Of a DNA stretch of 64,000 nucleotides, positions 1-64,000 are shown piece by piece; the stretch's first letter is position 1, and each line of letters starts with the position of its first letter. Both the position numbers and the translations under genes were made by a program. The notes under the pieces are model-generated. The model worked only from the letters and a program-made list of their open reading frames with translations, did not search any database and was not told the origin of the DNA. Source of the DNA: Octopus vulgaris (taxonomy: Eukaryota); contig OX597822.1 of the NCBI GenBank assembly GCA_951406725.2, positions 29,760,001 through 29,824,000 on the forward strand, read 5' to 3'.

Positions 1-7
1 TACGAAT

Positions 8-265
8 ATACATACTTACGTACATACGTACGAACATACATACGTACGTACGTACATACATACATACTTACGTACATACATACATACATACATACGTACG
101 TACGTACATACATACATACATACATACATACATACATACATACATACATACATACGTACGTACGTACGTACATACATACATACATACATACATACATACA
201 TACATACATACATACATACATACATACATACATACATACATACGTACATACGTACATACATACAT
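8..265. repeat. (TACA)n microsatellite
   Basis: Read directly. Confidence 0.95.
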
Positions 266-783
266 AATCAACAAAAGAGACAGTGAAGCCCTTCGAATTT
301 CAAGAGGCAACCGTCAATGTAGATTATGTCATATTTCTGTGGAAGCCATCACACATTTATTTAACAGCTGCTCAAAAATATTATCAAAGTACTAAATACT
401 ATCTAAAATGCAAAGAGCGTGTCTACTAAATATTAAATGTTCACATATAACAACTAACAAATAATTTGAATGCATAATTTCAGATTTAAATTTTAATGAT
501 TATAAGGGTGTCTATTTACTTCTTTCATGTCTGTGTATATACATACGTACCGGGGTGCGCATACTCACACATTCTTTTATTCTTTTACTTACTTCAGTCA
601 TCTGACTGCGGTCATGCTGGAGCACTGTCTTTAGTCGAACAAATCGACTATAGAACTTATTAATTGTAAGCGTAGTACTTATTCTATTGACTTCTTTGGC
701 CGAACCGCTAATGTTACGGGGACATAAACACACCACCATCGGTTGTCAAGCGATGGTGGGGAACAAGCACAGACAGACAGACA

Positions 784-860
<77 letters not shown>

Positions 861-1022
861 GACGAGCTTCTTCCATTTTCCATCTACCAATTCCACAAGG
901 CTTTGGTCGGTCCGAGGCTATAGTAGAAGACACTTGCTCATGTTGCTACGCAGTGGGATTGAACCCGGAAACATGGTTGGGAAGAAGCATATACTTATGT
1001 ATTCATTCGCAGGAACATATAT

Positions 1023-1075
<53 letters not shown>

Positions 1076-1329
1076 CTATTATAATATATATAAGCCAAAA
1101 TCTTGTTAAAATAGCTACCCAGCATTTCCTGGTTTAAATAATATTTAATTTCGGCATTTTTCAAGTTGAGAACAAGACCGTTTGCCAGTTGCCGTTTGAG
1201 CTGATAAGGTTTAAACGAGAGACGCTGGTAAGGAAGAAAACAAGAAGACAAACTCAAGGGACATAATCAGCTTTACAATAATTCGAATGTCAAGCAGACG
1301 TTGATGAGATGTTAATGGTTTACTAAGTA

Positions 1330-1900
1330 TCTGGTGGTCTACTTTTAAATTCCGACAAGATGTATTTGTTGTAATGCGGATACACAGAAAAAATCTCGTT
1401 CCTGGAATATATGTATTCATTTGACGTTCTCAAGTTCTTTAAGGGATATTGTTTTTCAAGAGAACGTACTGAGCATTTTTTTTTTATTCATTAATATAAG
1501 GTCTGGTTTTGGAGAAGATTTACTATTTGATATCGAGACTGGTCCCCTCGTCTTTAAGTTTCCAGATTAAAAGTGAAAGGGTCATTGAATGTCTCTTATC
1601 ACGGTGGATTTAAAGTTTCCTTCTATGGCTCCGATAAACAGTTTGAGCTCTCTACGACCATTGTCGTAGTTCGATGAAACCTGTCCTCTAGCACAGAAGT
1701 GCGATATATCTTCCGGTGTTTATGAAGCACCAGCTCATTCTTAGTCTACTCTAAGGATTTCCTCCAGTTGTATTGAAGAATGAACCCTGTGATACTTTCT
1801 TGCGACATTCTAATAATATGTCCGTGGTACCAGAGTTGTGAACTCTCAATACAGATAAGTCGTAGCTAGACTGAGAGAGACACTCTGACCTCTCAACCAA
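1330..1900 (-). mobile_element. Degenerate PLE GIY-YIG remnant
   Basis: Fragments LFIGAIEGNFKS, TLSLLIWKLKDEG..IFSKTRPY, SRNEIFSVYPHYNKYIL, with stops and frameshifts. Confidence 0.55.
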
Positions 1901-1993
1901 ACACTGTATGGAATAATGCTACTTCAGAAGAATCCCATTTCGATCGCTTGTATTCCTGATCGTACTGTTAGATTATTTGAAAATAATACTTAC

Positions 1994-62535
<60,542 letters not shown>

Positions 62536-62623
62536 CTGAAAAGAGAAAGCAAAGTAGAGTTACGCTTGTCGCTAATGAATTCTATTGTATCATAGATAGA
62601 TAGATAGACAAATACATACATTC

Positions 62624-62671
<48 letters not shown>

Positions 62672-63379
62672 ATAATAATATGAGGGAATATTATTCCAAA
62701 CTTACAGGGAAATATTCAATTTAGAAATACTAAATAAAATTTCACAAAATATAATATAATATATATATATATATATATAAATTAGAAAAAATCCCCACCT
62801 TTTATCAATTCAATTATGAAAAATTAAATTATACCATTTAGAAAAATTACATCTTATAGAAACATTAAATATAAGATAAAACATATACCAATGATTAAGT
62901 AAAGTGCAAAATAATAAATAAAACGTATGCACTTTACTTAATCATTATTATATGTTTTATATTATATTTAATCTTTCTATAAGACGTAATTTTTCTAAAC
63001 GGTATAATTTAATTTTTCATTATTGAATTGATAAAAGGTGTTTTTTTAATAATTTTTATATATATATATAAAGGCATAATACAGTGGAGAATTGTACATC
63101 TTTAATAATATTTTCCTGCATATAAAATTCTAACACGGGTTTCTGTTGTTTTAAGGTCCCCAAATTTGATGGTACTGTGCAACTCTTCGATTCATATTAA
63201 ATCAGTTAAAACACAATTCATATTCGAAGACTGACCTTCTTGTACAACTTTATTCAATGTGCTCCTCACACGCGTGAATAATTCTGTTCGATTCCAAATT
63301 TATCCTAATATTCGATATGGCTAGCTAAGTCTGGATTTTAACACAATACTCGTAAGGTCTGTGCCTAGATTTAAAATCC

Positions 63380-63700
63380 CTATTCGTTTTGTGTTTAGTC
63401 TATGGCACTGTGGTTAGAGTGTCGGGCTCACAATCATGAGCATTTATAGATAGAAGGTCTTAAAGCTGTTTCTAGAATGTTAATTAATAATAATATCCCT
63501 TCATTGGAGACGGTGTGAGAGGAAAAGTTAAGTCATAGTTAGTTTCGATGTGCTATAAATAGAGAGTGAGGTGGAGGAAAGAAAATAGATGTAAGATATG
63601 TATGGTTATTGAGTTCATAAATCCGCTTTATAGGCATAATGATATATATGTGTATTATTCCAATATCTTTTGAGTAAAATCCAAAAGTCCAACAGAGTTT
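63380..63700 (-). mobile_element. Possible highly decayed PLE endonuclease remnant
   Basis: Only short fragments (SSTSLSIY, ILETA, YKCS). Confidence 0.3.
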
Positions 63701-64000
63701 AATATGAGTTCATCCAAATGTAAAGTTTATAAGCAATGTAAGATTCTCTTAAAGTTGGTCATTCCCAGTAGGGAATTCATATAGAATTTATATATACAGT
63801 CTGTATAAATTCCCGACGTTTCGAATTTATTCACTCTAGTTAATGGAATGTGCCTAAGAGATGCAACTCTGTATAAACTTAGGAATCACAAATCAGTCAA
63901 TAACGTTGACCGAATTTTACATTAATCTATTGCTTTATAAGTTTGTCCATTGAAAAGAATCAATAACCTCGAAACTTCGATGTCTGGGATGCCTGATAGA

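Overview
This is AT-rich eukaryotic DNA, dense in microsatellites and SINEs. The repeat families suggest an octopus or other cephalopod (inference). One large minus-strand gene spans the window; its start and stop lie outside it. I reconstructed 23 GT-AG exons by hand (62535 to 1994, 4109 nt, about 1370 codons), and their phases join with no stop. The protein is an Uninflatable/SVEP1-like extracellular mosaic: cbEGF x2, sushi x4, HYR x2, sushi, a linker domain, GCC2/GCC3 x2, then an EGF array. A three-exon PAN/Apple + WxxW(CysD) cassette appears nested inside the last loop of one EGF repeat. The introns hold tRNA-derived SINEs, LINE and DNA-transposon remnants, MITEs, a complete non-autonomous Helitron and Penelope-like (PLE) sequences. 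The most striking non-coding structure is a 2.68-kb near-perfect palindrome (41446-44123) of two head-to-head PLE GIY-YIG endonuclease copies, each with a U3:A8 hammerhead-like motif, lying between (TA)n tracts. Two smaller fold-backs and several ~200-bp hammerhead-like mini-elements also sit at (TA)n. Family names come from recalled motifs, not database searches, and repeat boundaries without a TSD are approximate.
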